NCBI GenBank assembly: GCA_038087875.1
Contig: CM075978.1
Span: 37,386,001-37,450,000, forward strand
DNA length: 64,000 bases
DNA from: Malacoraja senta
Taxonomy: Eukaryota
Reading direction: 5' to 3'
The notes under the pieces were generated by a model, which saw nothing but the letters and a program-made list of their open reading frames with translations, made no database searches and was not told where the DNA came from. Positions 40,601-44,409 of the stretch are shown here, one piece after another; within the stretch, counting starts at the first letter, position 1, and every line of letters begins with the position of its first letter. Both the position numbers and the translations under genes were made by a program.

Positions 40601-42959
40601 ACTTCACTTCTGCATCAGCTTTTGGAAGAGAAATATCCAGTTTGGGCAGGTTGACATCAATGCTCATTTTTGGAGCTTTTATATCAGGACCAGAAATTCC
40701 AAACTGTGACCCTTTAAATTTGGGAAGTTTCATCTTCCCTCCCTTGCCTTTCATGTCCACGTCCAAGGTGTCAGTGGCAATTTCACACTCTGGAGCACCC
40801 ACATCAGGCATTTTGGCCTTTACTACCATGTCAGGCTTTGTGAGTGAAATGTCCACATCTGTTTTTTTTAGTCCTACATCCACATCGGGACCTTTGAATT
40901 TGGGAAGAGAAACTGCAAAAGGTGACATTTTCATTGATGGCATTTTGAACTTACTGTCCTGGCCTTTCACCTTATGGTCAGCTGAGTCTAAAACTACATC
41001 TATTGTTGGTGCATTGAAGCCAGCATCTGGAGCCTTGATGTCCATTGATAGATCTGGTGCTGCAACATCAAATTCAGGCTTCGACAGTCCTGCATCAATA
41101 TCAAATTTTCCTTCCACGTTTGGCAATGCACGATCAATTGATGGCATTGTAATCTCTGGTATTTTAATACTTGCTTCAGGACCTTCAACATCTATTGTAA
41201 TCGCTCGGATTTCAGCTTCTAATTCGCCAGGTTTTACATCTGATAATTCCACATCTGCATCAGCTTTTGGAGGAGAAAAATCAAGTTTGGACACGTTGGC
41301 ATCAATGCTCATTTTTTGAGCCTTTATATCAGGACCAGAAATTCCAAACTTTGGCCCTGTTAATTTGGGAAGAGAAACTCGAAATAATGGCATTTTTAAT
41401 TTACTGTCCTGGCCTTTCATCTTATGGTCGGCTGAGTCTAAATCTACATCTATTGCGGGAGCTTTGACGTTCATTGCGATGTCTTGTGCTGCAACATCAA
41501 GTTCAGGCTTCGACACATCTGCATCAATATCACTTTTAAGTTCTACCTTTGGCAGTGCAATTTCTATTGATGTCTTTTCAATCTGAGTTCTTTTAAGATT
41601 CTCTTCAGGACCCCCCACATCTTTGGCCCCAGCATGAAATTCAGCTTCCAACTTGCCTGGTTTTATCGCTCCTGATAATTTCACATCTGCATTAGTTTTT
41701 GCGAGTGAAATTTCAACTTTGGCCTTTTTACTTTTTGATTTTTGTATTTTACTTCCTTTCTTTGTTTGTTTAATTGGTGTTGCTCCAAACTGTTTTGAAC
41801 TTGTAACACATTCTTGTCCTTTTGCCGTGAGTTCTCCATCCCTGATGTTATCTTGATTAGAGGCACCATCAAGTGAAATTGCACCATCAAGTTTCTTTGT
41901 TCCTGTCTTCACATTTTGAATAATGGTTTGTTCTTCTAGGCCACTCATCTGCTCACTCTCCATTGTGCTTGGCCCTGTTATTACCTCTGTAGTTGTCACA
42001 GCAAGATCTTTGCTTGTTTGTGAAACATCAAATTTCATTAGACTGACATCAATTGCAATTGTAGAAGATTCAGTTCCAGAGATTTTATCTTTGGGTTTGG
42101 TGATTTTTGATTGCTTTATTTTCTGTTGCCTCTCATTATTCTTTTTCTCGTTTTCTGTTTCAAATGATTGAATAGAAATATCTGTTGCTTGCTTGCTCAT
42201 ATCTTCATCATGCTTCTTTGGTAATGGTAACATAAAATCTGTTTTTACATCTGTAATGTTAGGTTCTTTTTTTGAGATATCCTCTGGCATTGATTCAAAA
42301 TGTGCTCTTTCCTCTAGTATTTTGGTGGCAATATGTTGTGTTGTAAGAATTGGTCCTGGAAGCACAAATTTAGCTATTTTCAGTTTTGGCATTTTGACAT
42401 TGGATTTACTGCTAATATTGTCGCATTCCATTTGTTCACTTTGTTTATCCAGCATTTGGGTACTTTGATTTGTAGTTATCATTATAGTTTCATTTGATCT
42501 TTGTGGTGTACTAGCTGTATTTATTTGCAATGTGTCTTGTTCTACAGCAGCACAATCCTTGATTCCAATCAAAATGTCTTGCTTTTCATCTTCAGAAGTT
42601 TCTTTTTTCCCCATGTTTACAGCACTTGTACCAATATGCGGTAGTTTTATTTTTCTTTTGTTTTTTTTCCTTTTTTGAGGGTTTTCAATATCTGTGCATG
42701 TTGAGGTAATGTCATATTGATCGTGTTGTTCTGGTTCTGTTAAGCTTTGAGACCTGTTGAGTTTATGTGACTTTGACTTTTTGAAACTTGAAAACTTGGG
42801 ACAGATAAAGCTGACATCGGATACTTCAGCCTTCTTCGTCTTCCCCTTCTGAGTGGTTTCTTGAATGAGTGGTCTTTCTTCGGCATTACATTCATCAGAA
42901 ATACCTCTTGTATTTGATTTACTTGCATAGAGTTTCATAAAAAAGTCTTCCTCGGCTCC
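13608..42959 (-). CDS. AHNAK2: AHNAK2 giant terminal coding exon (29,352 nt; about 43 tandem 210-222-aa AHNAK-type repeats)
   Basis: 9776-aa ORF with AHNAK-family motifs (KFKMPSMKMP, KGPDVDV, KFGISGPDIKAPK). Acceptor ttcttctcttag precedes 42959 and adds GAEEDFF in phase 0 ahead of the ORF-track Met. Stop TAA at 13608-13610. Confidence 0.93.
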   Translation of the reverse strand, partial: GAEEDFFMKLYASKSNTRGISDECNAEERPLIQETTQKGKTKKAEVSDVSFICPKFSSFKKSKSHKLNRSQSLTEPEQHDQYDITSTCTDIENPQKRKKNKRKIKLPHIGTSAVNMGKKETSEDEKQDILIGIKDCAAVEQDTLQINTASTPQRSNETIMITTNQSTQMLDKQSEQMECDNISSKSNVKMPKLKIAKFVLPGPILTTQHIATKILEERAHFESMPEDISKKEPNITDVKTDFMLPLPKKHDEDMSKQATDISIQSFETENEKKNNERQQKIKQSKITKPKDKISGTESSTIAIDVSLMKFDVSQTSKDLAVTTTEVITGPSTMESEQMSGLEEQTIIQNVKTGTKKLDGAISLDGASNQDNIRDGELTAKGQECVTSSKQFGATPIKQTKKGSKIQKSKSKKAKVEISLAKTNADVKLSGAIKPGKLEAEFHAGAKDVGGPEENLKRTQIEKTSIEIALPKVELKSDIDADVSKPELDVAAQDIAMNVKAPAIDVDLDSADHKMKGQDSKLKMPLFRVSLPKLTGPKFGISGPDIKAQKMSIDANVSKLDFSPPKADADVELSDVKPGELEAEIRAITIDVEGPEASIKIPEITMPSIDRALPNVEGKFDIDAGLSKPEFDVAAPDLSMDIKAPDAGFNAPTIDVVLDSADHKVKGQDSKFKMPSMKMSPFAVSLPKFKGPDVDVGLKKTDVDISLTKPDMVVKAKMPDVGAPECEIATDTLDVDMKGKGGKMKLPKFKGSQFGISGPDIKAPKMSIDVNLPKLDISLPKADAEVKFPEGEIKPGKFEVELLAGTVDVEGPEASIKIPEITKPSMDSTVPKVEGKFDADKGVLNSELAVAAHDLSMDVNAPAIDIHAPTIDVDLVSTDLKVKDHDRKFKMPSMKMPRFGVSVPKFKGTDVDVGQKKTDVEVSLTMPDVEVKGKIPDAGAPECEVDIDIKGKGGKKKRSKLKGPKFGISGPDIIAPKMGIDVNLPKLDISLPKADAEVKLPEGEIKPGKLEVECTAGTLDVEGPDASIKIPEITMPSIDRAAANVEGKFDIDAGLSKPEFDVAAPDFSMDIKAPDTGFRAPTIDVVLDSTDLKMKGQDSMFKMPSMKMPSMKMPSFGISLPQFKASHVDGELKMPDGDISLTNYDVEVKGKMADVGAPECEVAIDTPDVDIKGKGGKMKLPKFEGRKFGISGPDIKAPKMNIEVNLPKLDVSLPKADAHVKLSDVRPGELEAEIRAGTIDVEGPETSLKMTEFEKPSLDIAVPNVEGKYDFDTGLSKPELDVAAPDLSMDVNAPAVGFHPPTIDVDLDSADHKMKGHESKFKMPSKKMPRFGVTLPKFKGSDVDVGQKKTYVDISLTKADVEVKGKMPDAGALECEVAIDTPDMDIKGKGGKIKLPIFKEPKFGISRPDIKAQKMSIDANLPKLDISYPKTDANVKLSDVKPGELEAEIQAGTINVEGPEASIKIPEITMPSIDRALPNVEGKFDIDAGLSKPEFDVVAPDLSMDIKTPDTVLHAPTIDVVLDSADVNLKGQDSKFKMPSMKMPQFAVSLPKFKGPEVNVGLKKTDVDISLTKPDMVIKAKMPDVGAPECEIAIDTLDVDMKGKGGKIKLPKFKGPKFGISGPDIKAPKMSIDVNMPKLDISLPKADAEVKFPEGEIKPGKFEVEFLAGTVDVEVPEASIKIPEITKPSMDSTVPKVEGKFDADKGVLNSELAVAAHDLSMDVNAPAIDIHAPTIDVDLDSTDLKVKDHDRKFKMPSMKMPSMKMPGFGVSVPKFKGTDVDVGQKKTDVEVSLTMPDVEVKGKIPDAGAPECEVDIDIKGKGGKMKLSKLKGPKFGISGPDIIAPKMGIDVNLPKLDISLPKADAEVKLPEGEIKPGKLEVECTAGTLDVEGPDASIKIPEITMPSIDRAAANVEGKFDIDAGLSKPEFDVAAPDFSMDIKAPDTGFRAPTIDVVLDSTDLKMKGQDSMFKRPSMKMPSLAVSIAKFKGPDVEVGLKKPDVDISLTKPDAEVKGKMPNVGVLKCEVANDTSDVDIKGKGGKIKLPKFKGTKFGISGPDIKAPKMSIDANVPKLDISYPKTDANVKLSDVKPGELEAEIQAVIIDVEGPEASIKIPKITMPSIDRALPNVEGTFDIDAGLSQPEFDVVAPDLSMDIKTPVTVLHAQRIDVVLDPADVKLKGQDSKFKMPSMKMPQFAVSLPKFKGPDVDVGLKKTDVDISLTKPDMVVKAKMPDVGAPECEIAIDTLDVDMKGKGGKIKLPKFKGPKFGISGPDIKAPKMSIDVNLPKLDISLPKADAEVKFPEGEIKPGKFEVELLAGTVDVEGPEASIKISEITKPSMDSTVPKVEGKFDADKGVLNSELAVAAHDLSMDVNAPAINIHAPTIDVDFDSTDLKVKDHDRKFKMPSMRMPRFGVSVPKFKGPDVVVGLKKTDVDVSLTMPDVEVKGKITDAGAPECEVDIDIEGKGGKIKHSKFKVPKFGISGPDIKAPKMGIDVNLPKLDISLPKADAEVKLPEGEIKPGKLEVECSAGTLDVEGPDASIKIPEITMPSIDCAVPNVEGKFDIDAGLSKTEFDVAAPDFSMDIKAPDTGFRAPTIDVVVDSTDLKLKGQDSMFKMPSMKMPSMKMPSFGISLPKFKGSDVDDGQKKPYVDISLTKYDVEVKGKMPDAGALECEVAIDTPDVDIKGKGGKIKLPQFEGPKFGISGPDIKAPKMSIDANVPKLDISYPKTDANVKLSDVKPGELEAEIQAGTIDVEGPEASIKIPEITMPSIDRALPNVEGKFDIDAGLSKPEFDVVAPDLSMDIKTPDTVLHAPTIDVVLDSADVNLKGQDSKFKMPSMKMPQFAVYLPKFKGPEVDVGLKKPDVDISLTKPDMVIKAKMPDVGAPECEIAIDTLDVDMKGKGGKIKLPKFKGPKFGISGPDIKASKMSIDVNLPKLDISLPKADAEVKFPEGEIKPGKFEVEFLAGTVDVEGPEASIKIPEITKPSMYSTVPKVEGKFYADKGVLNSELAVAAHDLSMDINAPAIDIHAPTIDVDLVSTDLKVKDHDRKLKMPSMKMPSMRMPRFGVSVPKFNGPDVVVGLKKTDVDVSLTMPDVEVKGKITDAGAPECEVDIDIEGKGGKIKHSKFKVPKFGISGTDIKAPKMGIDVNLPKLDISLPKADAEVKLPEGEIKPGKLEVECSAGTLDVEGPDASIKIPEITMPSIDRAVPNVEGKFDIDAGLSKTEFDVAAPDFSMDIKTPDTGFRAPTIDVVLDSTDLNMKGQDSMFKIPSMKMPSLAVSLPKFKGPDVDVGLEKTDVDISLTKPDVEVKGKMLNVGALKCEVANDTSDVDIKGKGGKFKLPKFKGPKFGISGPDIKAPKMSIDVNLPKLDISLPKADAEVKFPEGEIKPGKFEVELLAGTVDVEGPEASIKIPEIKKPSMDSTVPKVEGKFDADKGVLNSELAVAAHDLSMDVNAPAIDIHAPTIDVDLDSTDLKVKDHDRKFKMPSMKMPRFGVSVPKFKGPDVDVGLKKTDVDVSLTMPDVEVKGKITDAGAPEFEVDIDIEGKGGKIKHSKFKVPKFGISGPDIKAPKMGIDVNLPKLDISLPKADAEVKLPEGEIKPGKFEFECSAGTLDVEGPEASIKIPEITKPSMDSTVPKVEGKFDADKGVLNSELAVAAHNLSMDINAPAIDIHAPTIDVDLVSTDLKVKDHDRKLKMPSMKMPSMRIPRFGVSVPKFKGPDVVVGLKKTDVDVSLTMPDVEVKGKITDAGAPECEVDIDIEGKGGKIKHSKFKVPKFGISGPDIKTPKMGIDVNLPKLDISLPKADAEVKLPEGEIKPGKLEVECSAGTLDVEGPDASIQIPEITMPSIDRAVPNVEGKFDIDAGLSKTEFDVAAPDFSMDIKAPDTGFRAPTIDVVVDSTDLKLKGQDSMFKMPSMKMPSMKMPSFGISLPKFKGSDVDDGQKKPYVDISLTKYDVEVKGKMPDAGALECEVAIDTPDVDIKGKGGKIKLPQFEGPKFGISGPDIKAPKMSIDANVPKLDISYPKTDANVKLSDVKPGELEAEIQAGTIDVEGPEASIKIPEITMPSIDRALPNVEGKFDIDAGLSKPEFDVVAPDLSMDIKTPDTVLHAPTIDVVLDSADVNLKGQDSKFKMPSMKMPQFAVYLPKFKGPEVDVGLKKPDVDISLTKPDMVIKAKMPDVGAPECEIAIDTLDVDMKGKGGKIKLPKFKGPKFGISGPDIKASKMSIDVNLPKLDISLPKADAEVKFPEGEIKPGKFEVEFLAGTVDVEGPEASIKIPEITKPSMYSTVPKVEGKFYADKGVLNSELAVAAHDLSMDVNAPAIDIHAPTIDVDLDSTDLKVKDHDRKFKMPSMKMPRFGVSVPKFKGPDVDVGLKKTDVDISLTMPDVEVKGKIPDVGAPEFEVDIDMEGKGGKMKHSKFKVPKFGISGPDIKAPKMGIDVNLPKLDISLPKADAEVKLPEGEIKPGKFEVECSAGTLDVEGPEASIKIPEITKPSMDSTVPKVEGKFDADKGVLNSELAVAAHNLSMDINAPAIDIHAPTIDVDLVSTDLKVKDHDRKLKMPSMKMPSMRIPRFGVSVPKFKGPDVVVGLKKTDVDVSLTMPDVEVKGKITDAGAPECEVDIDIEGKGGKIKHSKFKVPKFGISGPDIKTPKMGIDVNLPKLDISLPKADAEVKLPEGEIKPGKLEVECSAGTLDVEGPDASIQIPEITMPSIDRAVPNVEGKFDIDAGLSKTEFDVAAPDFSMDIKAPDTGFRAPTIDVVVDSTDLKLKGQDSMFKMPSMKMPSMKMPSFGISLPKFKGSDVDDGQKKPYVDISLTNYDVEVKGKMPDAGALECEVAIDTPDVDIKGKGGKIKLPQFEGPKFGISGPDIKAPKMSIDANVPKLDISYPKTDANVKLSDVKPGELEAEIQVGTIDVEGPEASIKIPEITMPSIDRALANVEGKFDIDAGLSKPEFDVVAPDLSMDIKTPDTVLHAPTIDVVLDSADVNLKGQDSKFKMPSMKMPQFAVSLPKFKGPEVDVGLKKTDVDISLTKPDMVIKAKMPDVGAPECEIAIDTLDVDMKGKGGKIKLPKFKGPKFGISGPDIKASKMSIDVNLPKLDISLPKADAEVKFPEGEIKPGKFEVEFLAGTVDVEGPEASIKIPEITTPSMVSTVPKVEGKFDADKGVLNSELAVAAHDLSMDINAPAIDIHAPTIDVDLVSTDLKVKDHDRKLKMPSMKMPSMRMPRFGVSVPKFKGPDVVVGLKKTDVDVSLTMPDVEVKGKITDAGAPECEVDIDIEGKGGKIKHSKFKVPKFGISGPDIKATKMGIDVNLPKLDISLPKADAEVKLPEGEIKPGKLEVECSAGTLDVEGPDASIKIPEITMPSIDRAVPNVEGKFDIDAGLSKTEFDVAAPDFSMDIKAPDTGFRAPTIDVVLDSTDLNMKGQDSMFKIPSMKMPSLAVSLPKFKGPDVDVGLEKTDVDISLTKPDVEVKGKMLNVGALKCEVANDTSDVDIKGKGGKFKLPKFKGPKFGISGPDIKAPKMRIDVNLPKLDISLPKADAEVKFPEGEIKPGKFEVELLAGTVDVEGPETSIKIPEITKPSMDSTVPKVEGKFDADKGVLNSELAVAAHDLSMDVNAPAIDIHAPTIDVDLDSTDLKVKDHDRKFKMPSLKMPRFGVSVPKFKGPDVDVGLNKTDVDISLTLPDVEVKGKIPDAGAPEFEVDIDMEGKGGKMKHSKFKVPKFGISGPDIKAPKMGIDVNLPKLDISLPKADAEVKLPEGEIKPGKFEVEFLAGTVDVEGPEASIKIPEITKPSMDSTVPKVEGKFDADKGVLNSELAVAAHDLSMDINAPAIDIHAPKIDVDLDSTDLKVKDHDRKFKMPSMKMPRFGVSVPKFKGPDVDVGLKKTDVDISLTMPDVEVKGKITDAGAPECEVDIDIEGKGGKIKHSKFKVPKFGISGPDIKAPKMGIDVNLPKLDISLPKADAEVKLPEGEIKPGKLEVECSAGTLDVEGPDASIKIPEITMPSIDRAVPNVEGKFDIDAGLSKTEFDVAAPDFSMDIKAPDTGFRAPTIDVVVDSTDLKLKGQDSMFKMPSMKMPSMKMPSFGISLPKFKGSDVDDGQKKPYMDISLTNYDVKVKGKMPDAGALECEVAIDTPDVDIKGKGGKIKLPQFEGPKFGISGPDIKAPKMSIDANVPKLDISYPKTDANVKLSDVKPGELEAEIQAGTIDVEGPEASIKIPEITMPSIDRALPNVEGKFDIDAGLSKPEFDVVAPDLSMYIKTPDTVLHAPTIDVVLDSADVNLKGQDSKFKMPSMKMPQFAVYLPKFKGPEVDVGLKKTDVDISLTKPDMVIKAKMPDVGAPECEIAIETLDVDMKGKGGKIKLPKFKGPKFGISGPDIKASKMSIDVNLPKLDISLPKADAEVKLPEGEIKPGKFEVEFLAGTVDVEGPEASIKIPEITKPSMDSTVPKVEGKFDADKGVLNSELAVAAHDLSMDINAPAIDIHAPKIDVDLDSTDLKVKDHDRKFKMPSMKMPRFGVSVPKFKGPDVDVGLKKTDVDISLTMPDVEVKGKITDAGAPECEVDIDIEGKGGKIKHSKFKVPKFGISGPDIKAPKMGIDVNLPKLDISLPKADAEVKLPEGEIKPGKLEVECSAGTLDVEGPDASIKIPEITMPSIDRAVPNVEGKFDIDAGLSKTEFDVAAPDFSMDIKAPDTGFRAPTIDVVVDSTDLKLKGQDSMFKMPSMKMPSMKMPSFGISLPKFKGSDVDDGQKKPYMDISLTNYDVKVKGKMPDAGALECEVAIDTPDVDIKGKGGKIKLPQFEGPKFGISGPDIKAPKMSIDANVPKLDISYPKTDANVKLSDVKPGELEAEIQAGTIDVEGPEASIKIPEITMPSIDRALPNVEGKFDIDAGLSKPEFNVVAPDLSMYIKTPDTVLHAPTIDVVLDSADVNLKGQDSKFKMPSMKMPQFAVYLPKFKGPEVDVGLKKTDVDISLTKPDMVIKAKMPDVGAPECEIAIETLDVDMKGKGGKIKLPKFKGPKFGISGPDIKASKMSIDVNLPKLDISLPKADAEVKFPEGEIKPGKFEVEFLAGTVDVEGPEASIKIPEITKPSMDSTVPKVEGKFDADKGVLNSELAVAAHDLSMDINAPAIDIQAPTIDVDLVSTDLKVKDHDRKLKMPSMKMPSMRMPRFGVSVPKFKGPDVVVGLKKTDVDVSLTMPDVEVKGKITDAGAPECEVDIDIEGKGGKIKHSKFKVPKFGISGPDIKAPKMGIDVNLPKLDISLPKADAVVKLPEGEIKPGKLEVECSAGTLDVEGPDASIKIPEITMPSIDRAVPNVEGKFDIDAGLSKTEFDVAAPDFSMDIKAPDTGFRAPTIDVVLDSTDLNMKGQDSMFKIPSMKMPSLAVSLPKFKGPDVDVGLEKTDVDISLTKPDVEVKGKMLNVGALKCEVANDTSDVDIKGKGGKFKLPKFKGPKFGISGPDIKAPKMSIDVNLPKLDISLPKADAEVKFPEGEIKPGKFEVELLAGTVDVEGPETSIKIPEITKPSMDSTVPKVEGKFDADKGVLNSELAVAAHNLSMDVNAPAIDIHAPTIDVDLDSTDLKVKDHDRKFKMPSMKMPRFGVSVPKFKGPDVDVGLKKTDVDISLTLPDVEVKGKIPDVGAPEFEVDIDMEGKGGKMKHSKFKVPKFGISGRDIKAPKMGIDVNLPKLDISLPKADTEVKLPEGEIKPGKLEVECSAGTLDVEGPDASIKIPEITMPSIDRAVSNVEGKFDIDAGLSKTEFDVAAPDFSMDIKAPDTGFRAPTIDVVVDSTDLKLKGQDSMFKMPSMKMPSMKMPSFGISLPKFKGSDVDDGQKKPYVDISLTNYDVEVKGKMPDAGALECEVAIDTPDVDIKGKGGKIKLPQFEGPKFGISGPDIKAPKMSIDAKVPKLDISYPKTDANVKLSNVKPGELEAEIQAGTIDVEGPEASIKIPEITMPSIDRALPNVEGKFDIDAGLSKPEFDVVAPDLSMDIKTPDTVLHAPTIDVVLDSADVNLKGQDSKFKMPSMKMPQFAVSLPKFKGPEVDVGLKKTDVDISLTKPDMVIKAKMPDVGAPECEIAIDTLDVDMKGKGGKIKFPKFKGPKFGISGPDIKASKMSIDVNLPKLDISLPKADAEVKFPEGEIKPGKFEVEFLAGTVDVEGPEASIKIPEITKPSMDSTVPKVEGKFDADKGVLNSELAVAAHDLSMDVNAPAIDIHAPTIDVHLDSTDLKVKDHDRKFKMPSMKMPRFGVSVPKFKGPDVDVGLKKTDVDISLTMPDVEVKGKIPDACVPEFEVDIDIEGKGGKMKHSKFKVPKFGISGPDIKAPKMGIDVNLPKLDISLPKADAEVKLPEGEIIPGKLEVECSAGALDVEGPDASINIPEIRMPSIDLAAPNVERKFDIDAGLSKPEFDVAAPDFSMDIKATDTGFHAPTIDVDVDSTDLKMKGQGRKFKMPSMKMPSMKMPSFGISLPKFKASHVDGELKMPDGDISFTIPDVEVKGKMRDVGAPECEVAIDTPDVDIKGKGGKMKVSKFEGPKFGISGPDIKVSKMNIDVDLPKLDFSLPKADAHVKLSDVKPGELEAEIRAGTINVEGPETSLKMTEFEKPSLDIVVPNVEGKFDFDIGQSKPELDVAAPDLSMDVNAPAAGFHPPTIDVDLDSVDLKMKSHESKFKMPSMKMPRFGVTLPKFKGPDVDVGLKKTDVDISLTMPDVEVTGKMPDAGAPECEVDIDIEDKGGKMKLSKFKGPKFGISGPDIKAPKMSIDVNLPKLDISLPKADAEVKLPEGEIKPGKLEVECSAGTLDVEGPDASVKIPEITMPLIDHAAPNVKGKFDIDAGLSKPEVDVAAPDFSMDIKAPDTGFHAPTIDVDLDSTDLKMKGQDSKFKMPSMKMPRFGVSLPKFKGPDVDVGLEKTDVDISLTKPDIEVKGKMPNVGALKCEVAIDTPDVDIKGKGGKIKLPKFKGPKFGTSGPDIKAPKMSIVANVPKLNFSSPKADADVKLSDVKRGELEAEIQAGTIDVERPEASIKIPEITMPSIDCALLNVEGKFDIDAGLSKPEFDVVAPDLSMDIKAPDTLCSAPTIDVVLDSADLKMKGHDSKFKMPSMKMPRFGVSLPKFKGPDIDVGLKKTNVDISLTMPDVEVKGKIPDAGAPECEVDIDIDGKGGKMKLPKFKGPKFGISGPDLKAPKMSIDVNLPKLDISLPKADAEVKLPEGEIEPGKLEVECSAGTLDVEGPDASIKIPEITMPPIDRAALNVEGKFDIDAGLSKPEFDVAAPDFSMNIKAPDTVFHAPTTDVVLDSADLKMKGRDSKFKIPSMKMPSMKMPSFGISLPKFKGPDVDVGLEEPDVDISLTKPEVEVKGNMPYVGALDSEVNIDTPDVDIKGKGGKIKLAKFKRPDFGISAPDGSASQMSLDVSLPQVDISHSKADLDLKLQEADMKRDRLEADFGARIIHVDGRDACLKMPKIEKPSIDFALPKVVIELDVHAGQSKTEHDFAAPDLSMNVKAPPTGIHAPTIDVDVDSADPKVKAHDSKFKMPFIKMPFGISLPKFKDAEMGVGLEEPDMDILLTNPEGEVRGKIPDLGAPGFGVAIETTDMDIEGKGRKINLLKFEGSTFGIPTHDGSAPNKSCDISIANVDLLLPKADVDVKLPEADIVPGKFKADVDAGGISVEGVYANLERPKFECSETTVDGATKLSMDTDSDGDHDLKLPAVKVSTFKVSIPKFTFPDVDFGITTSKKDVSSSQDADAAKVVAKEPGTDIDIVSFSVRVGEVSTKFLNSPD
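14000..41650 (-). repeat. Coding tandem array, unit 630-666 bp, about 43 units, with 1947-bp higher-order repeat
   Basis: The FGISGPD-type codon motif recurs 43 times from 14091 to 41328, with spacings of 630/636/645/651/666 bp (648 once, at the diverged end). Confidence 0.95.
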
Positions 42960-43309
42960 CTAAGAGAAGAAATGGACCGTTATTTTCTATCTTTTTGTGA
43001 GGGATAAATCCAGCTGAAGAGGCAAACAGACACAAGTATCCACTGTAAAAGTACTGAACGTGAAACAGTTTACAGTATTTATAAGGCTAGAGTTTTACAA
43101 CATATTTATAGCTCTGGCACTTTAAAATTACTAAAGATGGCCTTAAGTATATGGGCTAAACCTTTTAACCAGCCGGTAACAAAGAAGCATCTTCAATGTA
43201 TCTCACAAAATTGTAACGCTTATTTTGTGCATCATAAGACCTTTATGTTATTTTTAATGACTTGCCTAGCATTGTTGAACACAGAGTTTTCAAGAACACC
43301 GGGAAAAGA

Positions 43310-43900
43310 AACAAGAGTTTAGGAACAGGAGTAGGCACAAAATATCCTTGAGCTTGCATTGTCATTCAGTACAATCAAGGTTGTTCTGACCCTTTGCCTG
43401 GATTTGATCTTCCTACCCAAACCCATACCCTCGATTTCCCCGATAAACTAAAAAATCTGTCTTAGCCTTCAATATATTTAATGACGTAGGATCCATTGTT
43501 GTATGGAATGGCAAAATTAATAAACTCACAACCCGCTGAGAAGACATTCCTCCTTATCACAGACTTAATGATCAATATATTGTCTTGAGAATGTGCCCCC
43601 TAGTTTCAGAGACATCTAACGTGAATCATTCTCTCTTGGCATTAACCTTCTCAACTCCCTCCAGAATCTTATAAATTCCAATAATTCTCAAGTCTTGTTC
43701 TTCCAAACATTAGAGTTGAACCCTTTTCTTCTCAGTCTTTCTTCATAAAATGGCACTTTTAATCCAGGAATCAGCCTGGATACCAAATCATTGCCTTTAA
43801 GGCAATAACTTCTTATTTTAATGCAATTTTAAGTGCTTCTCCTGCGCACGCTGTAGACATCAATTTTGCATGAATTGTAATTTGATTATAGGTGTAGCAT
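43310..43900 (-). mobile_element. Old CR1 3' fragment
   Basis: Diverged similarity to the CR1 3' end (ggaacaggagtaggc...cattcagtacaatca). Confidence 0.55.
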
Positions 43901-44179
43901 ACCAAATATAATGTTGGAACAGGGTGAAAAGTAAAGGTAAAACTACACCTTGTGGGAGGAGGACATTTTCCATTTAGCCATTTAGCACAACTATGGGCCG
44001 AGACCACAACCTTCTTTAAAGGAATATGAATACAAGTGACATGTCTCAATGATTACTGACTGATTGTCTTTTGATCCGTTGTCATGAAGTACTCTGCAAG
44101 ACTGGTAATGATGCATATCAACTCATGCCTTAGCAATGACCTGTCCAATTCACCCATGACCACAACAGATCAACAGTGG

Positions 44180-44345
44180 AGACAAAAGTAACTGCAGATG
44201 TTGGTGTACAAAACAAAAACACAAGTGCTGGAGTAATTCAGCAGATCAGGCAGCATATTTGGAGGACATGGAAAGGCAACTTTTCGGGTTCAGGACCTTT
44301 CTTCAGACTTCAGTTTCTCTGCTGAGTTACTCTAGCACTTTGTTT
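44180..44345 (-). repeat. Copy of the same short repeat in the intron preceding the giant exon
   Basis: actgcagatgttgg...ctggagtaattcagc...gacctttcttcagac. Confidence 0.65.
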
Positions 44346-44409
44346 TTTCAGATTAACAGTGGATGCAGGAAAGCAATTAAGGTTTTAACATTTAGGTTTT
44401 AACATTTAC

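Noticed and set aside
14098-42468. Long plus-strand Ser/Thr/Gly/Phe-rich ORFs (up to 1225 aa)
   Set aside because: Codon-aligned antisense shadows of the AHNAK2 repeat. They break wherever the sense strand has particular codons and show no independent gene signals.
42938-42938. ORF-track Met as the true start of a single-exon gene
   Set aside because: A phase-matched acceptor lies 21 nt upstream, and five upstream exons supply the PDZ and N-terminus.
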